DNA from: Dehalococcoidia bacterium
Lineage (GTDB): Bacteria; Chloroflexota; Dehalococcoidia; UBA2979
Reading direction: 5' to 3'
Assembly (NCBI GenBank): GCA_045562675.1
Contig: JBJKVL010000001.1
Location: 228,804 to 292,803 of the forward strand
Length of the DNA stretch: 64,000 nt
The stretch's first letter is position 1, and each line of letters begins with the position of its first letter. A program made the position numbers and the translations under genes. The notes beneath the pieces were generated by a model. It was not told where the DNA came from, ran no database searches, and worked only from the letters and a program-made list of their open reading frames with translations. Shown in pieces: positions 19,025 to 27,507 of this stretch.

Positions 19025-20326
19025 ATGACATTACCAAAGCCTTTTTTTGGTTGGTATTTAGTTCTGGGTGGTATTTTTGTCAATTTGATTATGGGTGCAG
19101 GAATTGTTGGCTATATTGCTAATGTTTTTATGGATCCGATGCGTGAAGAATTTGGTTGGACTAGAACCCAATTTATGCTTGGCTTTACTTTAAGCCAAAT
19201 TTCCATGGCCTTTACTGGATTGATTATTGGTCGCCTAGTTGATAAGCACGGAGCTCGCAGATTCATGATTGCAGGCACAATCGTTATATTTTTTGCTCTG
19301 ATTGCAACATCATTTATTCAACAATTGTACCAATGGTTAATTATTAGAGGTTTATTCCAAGGAGTTGCCTTGGTTTTAGCTGGGAATATGGTAGTCACTG
19401 TTACTATTTCAAAATGGTTTGTCAAATATCGAGGGAGAGCAATTGGATTAATTGCATTAGGCCTTTCTTTTGCAGGAATTATTATTCCAAATTTAATGAC
19501 TTTTGTGGTTGATAATTATGGTTGGCGATTTGGTTGGAATTTTTTAGCTATATTGACAATAATAATAATTTTACCGTGTAGTTTAATTATGCGAAAAAAG
19601 CCAGAAGACTATAATTTACTTCCTGATGGTATTTCTAAAACATCTGATACAAAAAATGACCTATTAGAAGAATACGATTATCAATTTTCACTCACAAGAA
19701 AAGAAGCAGTTAAGCTTCCTTCATTTTGGGTTATATTATTGAGTTATAATCTTGTTGGAGTTGCAATTCTGACTATTGCTACTTTAACAATTCCTTTTAT
19801 GAGTGATTATGGATTTAGTAGAACCCAATCAGCACAGTTTATTGCTGTATTAGCATTTCCAGGAGTTTTTACTAGGCCATTTTGGGGCTTGCTTGCTGAA
19901 AAAATATTGATTAAATTTCTAGCCTCTTTTGCATTTTTAGCAGTTGGAATTGGAATGGCTATTGTAGTTTATGGAGCTAATGAAGCTAGTTTATTATACG
20001 CTACAATTGGTTATTTTGTCACTGGTATTGGCTTGGCAGGCAGTCAGCCTGTTAAAGAGGTACTTTGGCCACTATATTTTGGTAGAAGACACCTTGGTTC
20101 AATAAGAGGATTTGTAATGCCATTTGAGTTAGTTGTCCATGGAAGTGGGCCAATCTTAGCAACATGGTATTCTGAAAACTTTGGTAGTTATGGTGATACT
20201 TTTACTTTTTTATCTGTTTTTGCTATTATTAGTTCAATTTTGATATATTTAGCAAATGAGCCTAAAGAAAGAAAGTTTGCTGAAATTTTTATTGGTAAAA
20301 AAACATTACCTAGGCAAGATAATTAG
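19025..20326 (+). CDS. MFS transporter
   Basis: 433 aa, about 12 predicted TM segments, and the MFS loop signature GRLVDKHGARR between TM2 and TM3. Confidence 0.85.
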   Translation: MTLPKPFFGWYLVLGGIFVNLIMGAGIVGYIANVFMDPMREEFGWTRTQFMLGFTLSQISMAFTGLIIGRLVDKHGARRFMIAGTIVIFFALIATSFIQQLYQWLIIRGLFQGVALVLAGNMVVTVTISKWFVKYRGRAIGLIALGLSFAGIIIPNLMTFVVDNYGWRFGWNFLAILTIIIILPCSLIMRKKPEDYNLLPDGISKTSDTKNDLLEEYDYQFSLTRKEAVKLPSFWVILLSYNLVGVAILTIATLTIPFMSDYGFSRTQSAQFIAVLAFPGVFTRPFWGLLAEKILIKFLASFAFLAVGIGMAIVVYGANEASLLYATIGYFVTGIGLAGSQPVKEVLWPLYFGRRHLGSIRGFVMPFELVVHGSGPILATWYSENFGSYGDTFTFLSVFAIISSILIYLANEPKERKFAEIFIGKKTLPRQDN

Positions 20327-20334
20327 GTTATAGA

Positions 20335-21015
20335 ATGAAATTATTTATTGAATATTTAGATAAGCATATATATAAAGTTCTTTTATCAATAGTTCTTATA
20401 ATCTTTTTCGCAATTTTTTCTGTTAGTTTTTTGCTTTTATTAAATATTGATAATGAGCAGCAAGCAATCAAAGAAAAAATCAACAATCACACTCTTCAAT
20501 TTTTTCAAATTCAAAAAGAAGTGAATGATATTCAAGATAATTTATCTACACAGTCAAATATAATAAGAGAAATGCAAGAGGAGATTTATAACCTTAATGC
20601 TTCTAATGATTCAGATAATTCTATAAAAGGTGAAATAACAGTACAAAAAATCGTTGATCCGCTATTAGCTATTAGTGGCTCAATTATACAGGATCCAAAA
20701 AAAAGATATATAGGAGTAGAAATACTCGCAAGAGCAATTAATGATAGCATCACCATGAGATCTGCTTTTTTTAACATATATATTGTTGAAGAATTGAATA
20801 AGAGTTTATCTAATGATTCTCCTACAGCTATAATTGTTGCAGAAAAAAAATTTTCTGGTTCAGATATTAGTTTAGGCAATGTATTACTTCAACCTAATGA
20901 ATTGATTCAAGGGTGGATCTCGTTTTCTATTCCAAAAAATGCAAAAATTATTGGCTTAACCTTTGATAATGGTGTGGTTGCAGCTAATCTGAAATTACCT
21001 AATCTCGATAATTAA
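20335..21015 (+). CDS. membrane-anchored hypothetical protein (TM, coiled coil, beta-rich C-terminal domain)
   Basis: N-terminal TM (VLLSIVLIIFFAIFSVSFLLLL), then a Gln/Glu-rich heptad region. The C-terminus (IQGWISFSIPKNAKIIGLTF) is reminiscent of DUF4352-like Ig folds. No catalytic motif. Confidence 0.55.
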   Translation: MKLFIEYLDKHIYKVLLSIVLIIFFAIFSVSFLLLLNIDNEQQAIKEKINNHTLQFFQIQKEVNDIQDNLSTQSNIIREMQEEIYNLNASNDSDNSIKGEITVQKIVDPLLAISGSIIQDPKKRYIGVEILARAINDSITMRSAFFNIYIVEELNKSLSNDSPTAIIVAEKKFSGSDISLGNVLLQPNELIQGWISFSIPKNAKIIGLTFDNGVVAANLKLPNLDN

Positions 21016-21088
21016 TTAATTAGTGTCACTTGACCATATGTTTTATATGGTTGTAATCTCATTAATGTAGTTTTATTACATAATAAAG

Positions 21089-21193
21089 CTCATCATCTAG
21101 AGTGGTGGAGGGAATCGGACCTTAGAAACCACGGCATCCTTAATCAATGAGTTTTGGTGCTACAGCCGACCGAGTATAGTACGGAACGATGAG
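21089..21193 (+). promoter_or_regulatory. SAM-I riboswitch aptamer
   Basis: CUCAUCAUCUAGAGUGGUGGAGGGAAUCGGACCUUAGAAACCACGGCAUCC...UUGGUGCUACAGCCGAC...GAACGAUGAG. The P1 halves CUCAUC/GAUGAG and the conserved AGAG-GGUGGAGGGA, GAAACC-GGCA-CC and GGUGCUA blocks occur in SAM-I order. A GC-rich island in AT-rich DNA, directly 5' of a Met-related operon. Confidence 0.85.
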
Positions 21194-21251
21194 TAGGGTA
21201 ATCCACGAAACATCTTTTGTATTTATTCGTAACATTATTAGATTGGTTATT

Positions 21252-22481
21252 ATGTCTTTTGAGATAGCATTAAAATGTAGAGAATGTGAAAGGAAGTTTG
21301 ACTTACTTCCAATATATTCTTGTGAGTTTTGTTTTGGGCCTCTAGAAGTCGATTATGACTACGAAAAAATTAGAAAAAATATTTCAAAGAAACAAATAGC
21401 CAATGGCCCAGATTCACTTTGGCGCTATTCTCCGTTATTACCATGTGATGAAAATTTTAAAGTTGATATTGGGACTGGCTTTACACCTTTAATTCAATCT
21501 AAAAATCTTGCACAGCAACTTGGATTAAAAAAACTTTGGATTAAAAATGATACAGCTAATCCAACATGGTCATTTAAGGATCGTGTAGTTAGTATGGCTA
21601 TAGCACGTGCACGACAATTTGGTTATAAAGATTTAGCATGTGCATCAACAGGTAATCTAGCTAATTCAGTATCTGCTCATGCTGCTCAAGCTGATATGAG
21701 GGCACTAGTTTTTATGCCTGATGATCTCGAATTAGGCAAAGTTATTGGTAGCTCAGTATATAATCCGATTTTGACTATGATTAATGGAAATTATGATGAT
21801 GTAAATCGATTATGTACTGAATTAGCTGCTTCTAATGATTGGGCTTTTGTAAATATTAATATGCGACCCTATTATGCTGAAGGTTCCAGGACTTTAGCTT
21901 TTGAAGTAGCAGAACAATTAGGATGGAGAAGTCCAGATCATTGTGTTGTCCCAATGGCATCAGGTTCATTGTTTACAAAGATTTGGAAGGGCTTTAAGGA
22001 ACTTAAAAATATTGGCTTAATTGATAATATTGATATAAGAATGAGTGGAGCACAAGCAACCGGTTGCTCTCCTATTTCGACAGCATTTAAATCAGGTAGT
22101 TTAAATTTTATTCCTCAGAAGCCTGACACTATTGCTCGTTCTTTAGCAATTGGTAATCCAGCAGATGGCTATTATGCCTTAAAAGTGATGGAAGAAACTA
22201 ATGGGGCAGCCGAAATGGCTACTGATCAAGAAATTGTTGATGGAATCAAAATGCTTGCTGAAAGTGAAGGAATTTTTGCTGAAACTGCGGGTGGAGTTGC
22301 TGTAGCATGTCTTAAAAGATTAGTAGATAATGGAATTATTAATTCAGATGAAGAGACCGTATTATTTATTACTGGTGCTGGATTAAAAACTATTGAAGCG
22401 ATAGAAAATGAAATGAATCCTGCAATTAAGATATCCCCAAATGCAGAAGAATTTATGGATGAATTTTCTAAATTAGGTTAA
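21252..22481 (+). CDS. threonine-synthase-family PLP enzyme with N-terminal zinc ribbon (MetM/CysM-like sulfhydrylase candidate)
   Basis: CRECERKF..CEFCFG zinc ribbon, PLP-lysine motif WSFKDR, and a fold-type-II PLP body. I place the start at ATG 21252. The ORF-track start (21189) lies inside the 3' strand of riboswitch P1. Confidence 0.8.
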   Translation: MSFEIALKCRECERKFDLLPIYSCEFCFGPLEVDYDYEKIRKNISKKQIANGPDSLWRYSPLLPCDENFKVDIGTGFTPLIQSKNLAQQLGLKKLWIKNDTANPTWSFKDRVVSMAIARARQFGYKDLACASTGNLANSVSAHAAQADMRALVFMPDDLELGKVIGSSVYNPILTMINGNYDDVNRLCTELAASNDWAFVNINMRPYYAEGSRTLAFEVAEQLGWRSPDHCVVPMASGSLFTKIWKGFKELKNIGLIDNIDIRMSGAQATGCSPISTAFKSGSLNFIPQKPDTIARSLAIGNPADGYYALKVMEETNGAAEMATDQEIVDGIKMLAESEGIFAETAGGVAVACLKRLVDNGIINSDEETVLFITGAGLKTIEAIENEMNPAIKISPNAEEFMDEFSKLG

Positions 22482-22505
22482 TATATTTTTTATGGAGTTT
22501 TTTAT

Positions 22506-22748
22506 ATGGCTAGTAAAAAAGTAAGATTTACTTTTACTGAACAAACAGTTAAAGAACCACTTGTTTATCAACTTGGACATGAATTTGAAGTAGTGACAAG
22601 CATAAGAATGGCTGACGTAGACAACCAGATAGGTTGGGTAATTTTAGAATTAGTTGGTGAAGAAGCAGAAATTGAAAAATCTTTATCTTGGATTGCGGAC
22701 AAGGGCGTTCGTATTGATCCGCTTGAAGGCGATGTTATTACTGGATAA
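22506..22748 (+). CDS. stand-alone NIL-domain protein
   Basis: The 80-aa ORF VRFTFTEQTVKEPLVYQLGHEFEVVTSIRMADVDNQIGWVILELVGEEAEIEKSLSWIADKGVRID matches the pattern of the NIL (MetN C-terminal-like) ferredoxin-fold domain. Confidence 0.7.
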   Translation: MASKKVRFTFTEQTVKEPLVYQLGHEFEVVTSIRMADVDNQIGWVILELVGEEAEIEKSLSWIADKGVRIDPLEGDVITG

Positions 22749-22760
22749 AAGGAGTTAATC

Positions 22761-23042
22761 ATGAGTGTTAAAGTCAAAATACCTACACCATTACGCAATT
22801 TAACAAATGAACAAGATTTAATAGAACTTGATGCCTCTAGTGTTCGTGAAGTTATCGATGTGCTTGAGAATGATTTTCCTGGAGTAAAAGAACGCATATG
22901 TGAAGAGGATGGTAGCATTCGACGTTTTGTTAATGTCTATGTTAATGGAGAAGATGTCAGATTTCTATCTGAGCTAGATACTGTTATTGCTGATAATGAT
23001 GAAATATCAATTGTTCCAGCTGTAGCGGGTGGATATATCTAA
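22761..23042 (+). CDS. MoaD/ThiS-fold sulfur carrier protein, CysO-like, Gly-Gly followed by two extra residues
   Basis: 93 aa. KIPTPLR...RFVNVYVNGEDVRF...ISIVPAVAGGYI closely resembles M. tuberculosis CysO (recalled), which ends in AVAGG. Here a YI dipeptide follows the GG. Confidence 0.8.
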   Translation: MSVKVKIPTPLRNLTNEQDLIELDASSVREVIDVLENDFPGVKERICEEDGSIRRFVNVYVNGEDVRFLSELDTVIADNDEISIVPAVAGGYI

Positions 23043-23138
23043 AATAACTTTGTAATTTAATATACTATCTAATTTTCTTTGCGTAACTTTATCCAATTGT
23101 TTCTTGAACTATTCAGAGTAATTAAGTATAACGTTTAT

Positions 23139-24257
23139 ATGCGCATAGAAAATCATGATAACGTAACTGCTTTATACTCAATACATCAAAAATTTCAGGC
23201 TAAGTTTGTGAGTTTTAATGGTTACCAAATGCCATTGCACTACACATCCGGTATGCTCAATGAGCATATTTTTACAAGAAATCATTGTTCTTTATTTGAT
23301 GTTTCGCATATGGGTCAATTAATTATTAGTGGTGAAAATGTTATTAATGAATTTGAAAAATTAATTCCTGCTGAAATTTCAAATCTTAATAATAATCATT
23401 CTATATACTCGGTTTTAACAAATATTAATGGTGGAGTAATTGACGATCTTATAGTTACAAGAAATTTAGAATCCATTAGACTGGTTATTAATGCTGCGAA
23501 TAAAAAACAAGTTATTGAATACTTAACTACTCATTTGAATAATTGCTCTATTGTTGAAATGACTGACTATTCATTAATTGCTATACAAGGTCCATTAAGT
23601 GAAAAAGTTTTGTCAAATTATATTACTGGACACGAAAACTTAAATTTTATGACTGGTATGAATGTTCAAATCGGCAATAAAGAAATTTATGTTTCACGTA
23701 GCGGGTATACTGGTGAAGATGGGTTTGAAATAAGTATATCTAATAAGCTTGTCATAGATTTTGTAGATGAACTTTTAAAAAATGATAATATTCAATTAGC
23801 TGGTTTAGGTAGTAGAGATTCGTTAAGAATTGAAGCAGGTCTTTGTCTTTACGGCAATGAATTAACGAATCGTGTGACGCCAGTTGAAGCAAAAATTTCT
23901 TGGATTATTTCAAAGAATCAATCTACGAATCATTTTCCAGGTTCAGAAATAATCTTTGATCAATTAAAAAATAAATCGAAAAAAATACGTCGTGGAATTA
24001 TCTGCGATGGCAATTTTATTGTGCGAAAAGATACTGATATTCTCAATATCAATGGTGAAAACATTGGCATTGTGACAAGCGGATGTTTTAGCCCAATTTT
24101 AAATCGTTCTATTGCAATGGCATTTATTGATAGAAAGTATACAAATGAGCAGCAAAAAGTTTATTTTAAAATTAGAGGGAAGATTAGAGAAGCTAAAATG
24201 ACGAATTTACCTTTTGTACCACATAAGTATGTTTATGCAAAAGAGAAGGCAAGTTAA
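23139..24257 (+). CDS. gcvT: glycine cleavage system aminomethyltransferase T
   Basis: FDVSHMGQ and SGYTGEDGFEIS motifs. Start moved to ATG 23139, because the ORF-track TTG at 23079 adds a non-conserved leader. Confidence 0.92.
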   Translation: MRIENHDNVTALYSIHQKFQAKFVSFNGYQMPLHYTSGMLNEHIFTRNHCSLFDVSHMGQLIISGENVINEFEKLIPAEISNLNNNHSIYSVLTNINGGVIDDLIVTRNLESIRLVINAANKKQVIEYLTTHLNNCSIVEMTDYSLIAIQGPLSEKVLSNYITGHENLNFMTGMNVQIGNKEIYVSRSGYTGEDGFEISISNKLVIDFVDELLKNDNIQLAGLGSRDSLRIEAGLCLYGNELTNRVTPVEAKISWIISKNQSTNHFPGSEIIFDQLKNKSKKIRRGIICDGNFIVRKDTDILNINGENIGIVTSGCFSPILNRSIAMAFIDRKYTNEQQKVYFKIRGKIREAKMTNLPFVPHKYVYAKEKAS

Positions 24258-24619
24258 TGCGATTTTCTAAAGAACATGAATGGGTGCATCAAGATAATAA
24301 TTTATTCAAAGTTGGCATTACGGATTTTGCACAAACTGAATTAGGTGAAATAGTCTTTGTAGAATTTCCTGAACTTGGTAGTCATTTTAATGCTGGAGAT
24401 GAATTAGCTGTTGTTGAATCTGTTAAAGCGGCAAGTGAGATATATGCACCATTAAATTGCACCATTGTTTCAGTTAATAATGATTTGATTGATTCCCCTC
24501 AGCTCATTAATGAAGAGCCTCATGGTGCTGGATGGTTGTTTGAAATAGAAATTGATGATCCAAGTGCAGTTAATAGCTTGATGGATGAGGAAGAGTATAA
24601 TAAATTTATTAGTTCTTGA
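24257..24619 (+). CDS. gcvH: glycine cleavage system protein H
   Basis: 120 aa with lipoyl-lysine context VVESVKAASEIYAP. The start overlaps the gcvT stop. Confidence 0.95.
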   Translation: MRFSKEHEWVHQDNNLFKVGITDFAQTELGEIVFVEFPELGSHFNAGDELAVVESVKAASEIYAPLNCTIVSVNNDLIDSPQLINEEPHGAGWLFEIEIDDPSAVNSLMDEEEYNKFISS

Positions 24620-24637
24620 ATTAAATGAGAGGTTATT

Positions 24638-27487
24638 TTGCACGAGTTAAGAGAAACATTTTCATCTAGGCATATAGGTCCTTCTGAAATTGAAATTAAA
24701 GAGATGCTCGATTTTTTAGGTTATAAATCTTTAGATGATCTCATTTTGAATGCATTGCCAAGTAGTATTTATGATGAAGAGAATTATGCAGAGTCTTTTT
24801 TATCAGAATATGAGATTCATAATGAACTATCTTTAATTGCCAAGCAAAATATATTGTTTAATAATTTTATAGGATTAGGATATTACGATTCTATTTTGCC
24901 ATCTGTTATTAAACGAAATGTGCTTGAAGATCCAGGTTGGTATACAGCTTATACTCCATATCAGCCAGAGATTTCTCAGGGAAGATTAGAAGCATTATTA
25001 AACTTTCAACATCTTATAGTTGATTTAACTGGTCTTGATATCGCCAATGCATCATTATTGGATGAAGCTACTGCGGCTGCTGAAGCAATGTTAATGATGT
25101 ATCGTTCGGATAAACAAGAAAGAAATTCAATACTCATTAGTAAAAATTGTCACCCACAGACTATTGCACTTTTGGAAATACGAGCAGAATCACTTGATAT
25201 TAATATTAATGTAGATGATTTGAATGCATTCGATTCAGAAAATCATTTTGGTGTCATTGTTCAAAACCCTGATACATATGGCAATGTAGCTGATCTTTCA
25301 TCATTGATTACTGATGTGCATGAGAGTGGCGCAATGGTTTCAATAGCTACCGATCTGTTAAGTTTAATTTTTATTAAGACACCTGGCGAGATGAATGCTG
25401 ACATAGCTTTTGGGAGCGCACAAAGATTCGGTGTTCCATTAGGATATGGCGGGCCACATGCAGCATTTATTGCTACGAAAGAAGAATTAAAAAGAATGTT
25501 ACCAGGTCGTCTTGTAGGGCTTTCAGTGGATAGCCTGGATCGTCCTGCACTACGATTAGCATTACAGACGAGAGAACAGCACATTAGAAGAGAAAAAGCT
25601 ACAAGTAACATTTGCACTGCTCAAGTTTTACTAGCAGTTATTGCTGGTTTTTATGCCGTTTATCATGGCGCAGATGGTCTAAAGAAAATAGCTCAAAGAG
25701 TGCATGCCTTTACAAATCTGTTGTATCAAGAATTGATTGATTCTGGATTTAAAGTGCTTAATCAAAACTTTTTTGACACTTTAACAATTTTTACTGATCA
25801 TCAAACATCAGAAATTTTAAGTCGTGCAAAAAAACTAAAAACTAATCTAAGACAAGTTGATAATCAGCACATAGCGCTATCAATAGATGAGACACATTCT
25901 CATGACAATATTGCTTTATTGATTGAAATATTTACATCAAAGAAAAAATTGTCTAACGACCAGGATTTGTTAAATTTAGGTATGCATATTGATGATTCTT
26001 TAATAAGGGAATCTTCGTTTTTACAACATCCGACCTTTCAGAAATATCATTCAGAAACAGAAATGATGCGTTATTTAAAGAGACTTAAAACAAAAGATAT
26101 AGCTTTAGATGAATCAATGATCCCTTTAGGATCTTGTACCATGAAACTAAATTCATCTGCAGCTATGATTCCAATTTCTTGGCCTGAATTTGCAAATTTG
26201 CATCCTTTTGTTCCCATAGAGCAAGCCAGTGGATACATGCATATAATCGATAGCCTAGGATCAATGCTAACAGAATTAACTGGATTTCACTCTGTATCTT
26301 TACAGCCCAATGCTGGTTCTCAAGGCGAGTATGCAGGTTTGTTAGTAATCAAAAAATGGCATGAAGAAAATCATTCAATAAATAGGAAGATATGCTTAAT
26401 ACCTTCTTCTGCTCATGGAACTAATCCAGCTAGTGCAAAAGTTGCTGGATTAGAGGTTGTAATTATTGCATGTGATAACGAAGGAAATATTGATATTAAT
26501 GATTTAAAACAAAAAGCACAAGAGTATAAAGATGATCTTGCATGTCTAATGGTGACATACCCATCAACACATGGCGTTTTCGAAAATTCTATTATTGAAA
26601 TATGTGAAATTGTACATCAGTATGGTGGATTAGTTTATATGGATGGAGCTAATTTGAATGCTTTAGTGGGCATTTGCAAACCAGGAAAAATAGGTCCAGA
26701 TGTTGCACATTTTAACCTACATAAAACTTTTTCAATTCCTCATGGTGGCGGAGGACCTGGAGTAGGCCCTATTGGAGTCGTAGAAAAATTATCACATTTA
26801 CTTCCGAATCATCCATTAATTGAAGAGGCTGGGCCTAAAACTGGTATAGGTCCTATTGCTGCAGCACCATGGGGTTCTGCAAGTATACTAATAATTTCTT
26901 GGATATATATGAAATTAATGGGCTTTGACAGATTAAAATTTGCCACCAAAATCGCAATTTTAAATGCAAACTATCTAGCAAAAAAATTAGAAGTTGATTA
27001 TAAAATATTGTTTAAAGGTGAAAATAGCTTAGTTGCTCATGAATGTATTGTTGATCTACGTTTGTTTAAAGAATTAGTGAATGTTACTGCTGAAGACATC
27101 GCAAAACGTCTGATTGATTTTGGATTTCATGCGCCCACAATGTCATGGCCAGTTGCGAATACCTTTATGATTGAGCCAACAGAGTCTGAATCGAAATCTG
27201 AGATAGATAAGTTTTGTAATGCAATGAATAAAATTGCTCAAGAAATAAATAAAATTTCTGAAGGTATTTGGTCAAAAGAAGACAACCCTATTATTAATTC
27301 TCCTCATACAGCTGAAATGATTACAAATAATGATTGGAATCATTGTTATTCTAGGGAAGAAGCAGTTTTTCCGCTTGTTGCTGTGCAAAATAATAAATAC
27401 TGGCCACCAGTAGGCAGAATAAACAATGCTTTTGGTGACAAAAATTTGTTTTGCAGTTGTCCTCCAATAGAATCTACAGTTTCCTAA
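24638..27487 (+). CDS. gcvP: glycine dehydrogenase (decarboxylating), single-chain P protein
   Basis: 949 aa with PLP-lysine context HFNLHKTFSIPHGGGGPG. TTG start. Completes gcvT-H-P. Confidence 0.95.
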   Translation: MHELRETFSSRHIGPSEIEIKEMLDFLGYKSLDDLILNALPSSIYDEENYAESFLSEYEIHNELSLIAKQNILFNNFIGLGYYDSILPSVIKRNVLEDPGWYTAYTPYQPEISQGRLEALLNFQHLIVDLTGLDIANASLLDEATAAAEAMLMMYRSDKQERNSILISKNCHPQTIALLEIRAESLDININVDDLNAFDSENHFGVIVQNPDTYGNVADLSSLITDVHESGAMVSIATDLLSLIFIKTPGEMNADIAFGSAQRFGVPLGYGGPHAAFIATKEELKRMLPGRLVGLSVDSLDRPALRLALQTREQHIRREKATSNICTAQVLLAVIAGFYAVYHGADGLKKIAQRVHAFTNLLYQELIDSGFKVLNQNFFDTLTIFTDHQTSEILSRAKKLKTNLRQVDNQHIALSIDETHSHDNIALLIEIFTSKKKLSNDQDLLNLGMHIDDSLIRESSFLQHPTFQKYHSETEMMRYLKRLKTKDIALDESMIPLGSCTMKLNSSAAMIPISWPEFANLHPFVPIEQASGYMHIIDSLGSMLTELTGFHSVSLQPNAGSQGEYAGLLVIKKWHEENHSINRKICLIPSSAHGTNPASAKVAGLEVVIIACDNEGNIDINDLKQKAQEYKDDLACLMVTYPSTHGVFENSIIEICEIVHQYGGLVYMDGANLNALVGICKPGKIGPDVAHFNLHKTFSIPHGGGGPGVGPIGVVEKLSHLLPNHPLIEEAGPKTGIGPIAAAPWGSASILIISWIYMKLMGFDRLKFATKIAILNANYLAKKLEVDYKILFKGENSLVAHECIVDLRLFKELVNVTAEDIAKRLIDFGFHAPTMSWPVANTFMIEPTESESKSEIDKFCNAMNKIAQEINKISEGIWSKEDNPIINSPHTAEMITNNDWNHCYSREEAVFPLVAVQNNKYWPPVGRINNAFGDKNLFCSCPPIESTVS

Positions 27488-27507
27488 TTATAAAAGATAG
27501 GAAGATT

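Noticed and set aside
21033-21051. The hairpin ACCATAT-GTTTT-ATATGGT after the 20335-21015 gene as a terminator.
   Set aside because: It is a short AT-rich 7-bp stem with no following U tract, so it is not distinguishable from chance in AT-rich DNA.
21189-21251. The ORF-track start of the ThrC-like gene at 21189.
   Set aside because: That ATG is part of the GAUGAG 3' strand of riboswitch P1. The extra 21 aa are non-conserved, and the conserved zinc ribbon begins right after ATG 21252.
23043-23138. A glycine riboswitch expected upstream of gcvT.
   Set aside because: The 96-nt leader is AT-rich. It has none of the conserved GGAGAG...CACCG/GGACA blocks and no convincing tandem aptamer helices.
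24617-24637. Two in-frame TGA codons between gcvH and gcvP, which share a frame, as a possible recoding site.
   Set aside because: gcvH ends at its normal length, and gcvP begins at a conserved N-terminus with its own GAGAGG RBS. The spacer has no coding character.
27451-27507. An upstream extension of the lipoprotein ORF into gcvP.
   Set aside because: It overlaps the gcvP 3' end in another frame. GTG 27508 with an AGGAAG RBS gives a standard lipoprotein signal peptide.
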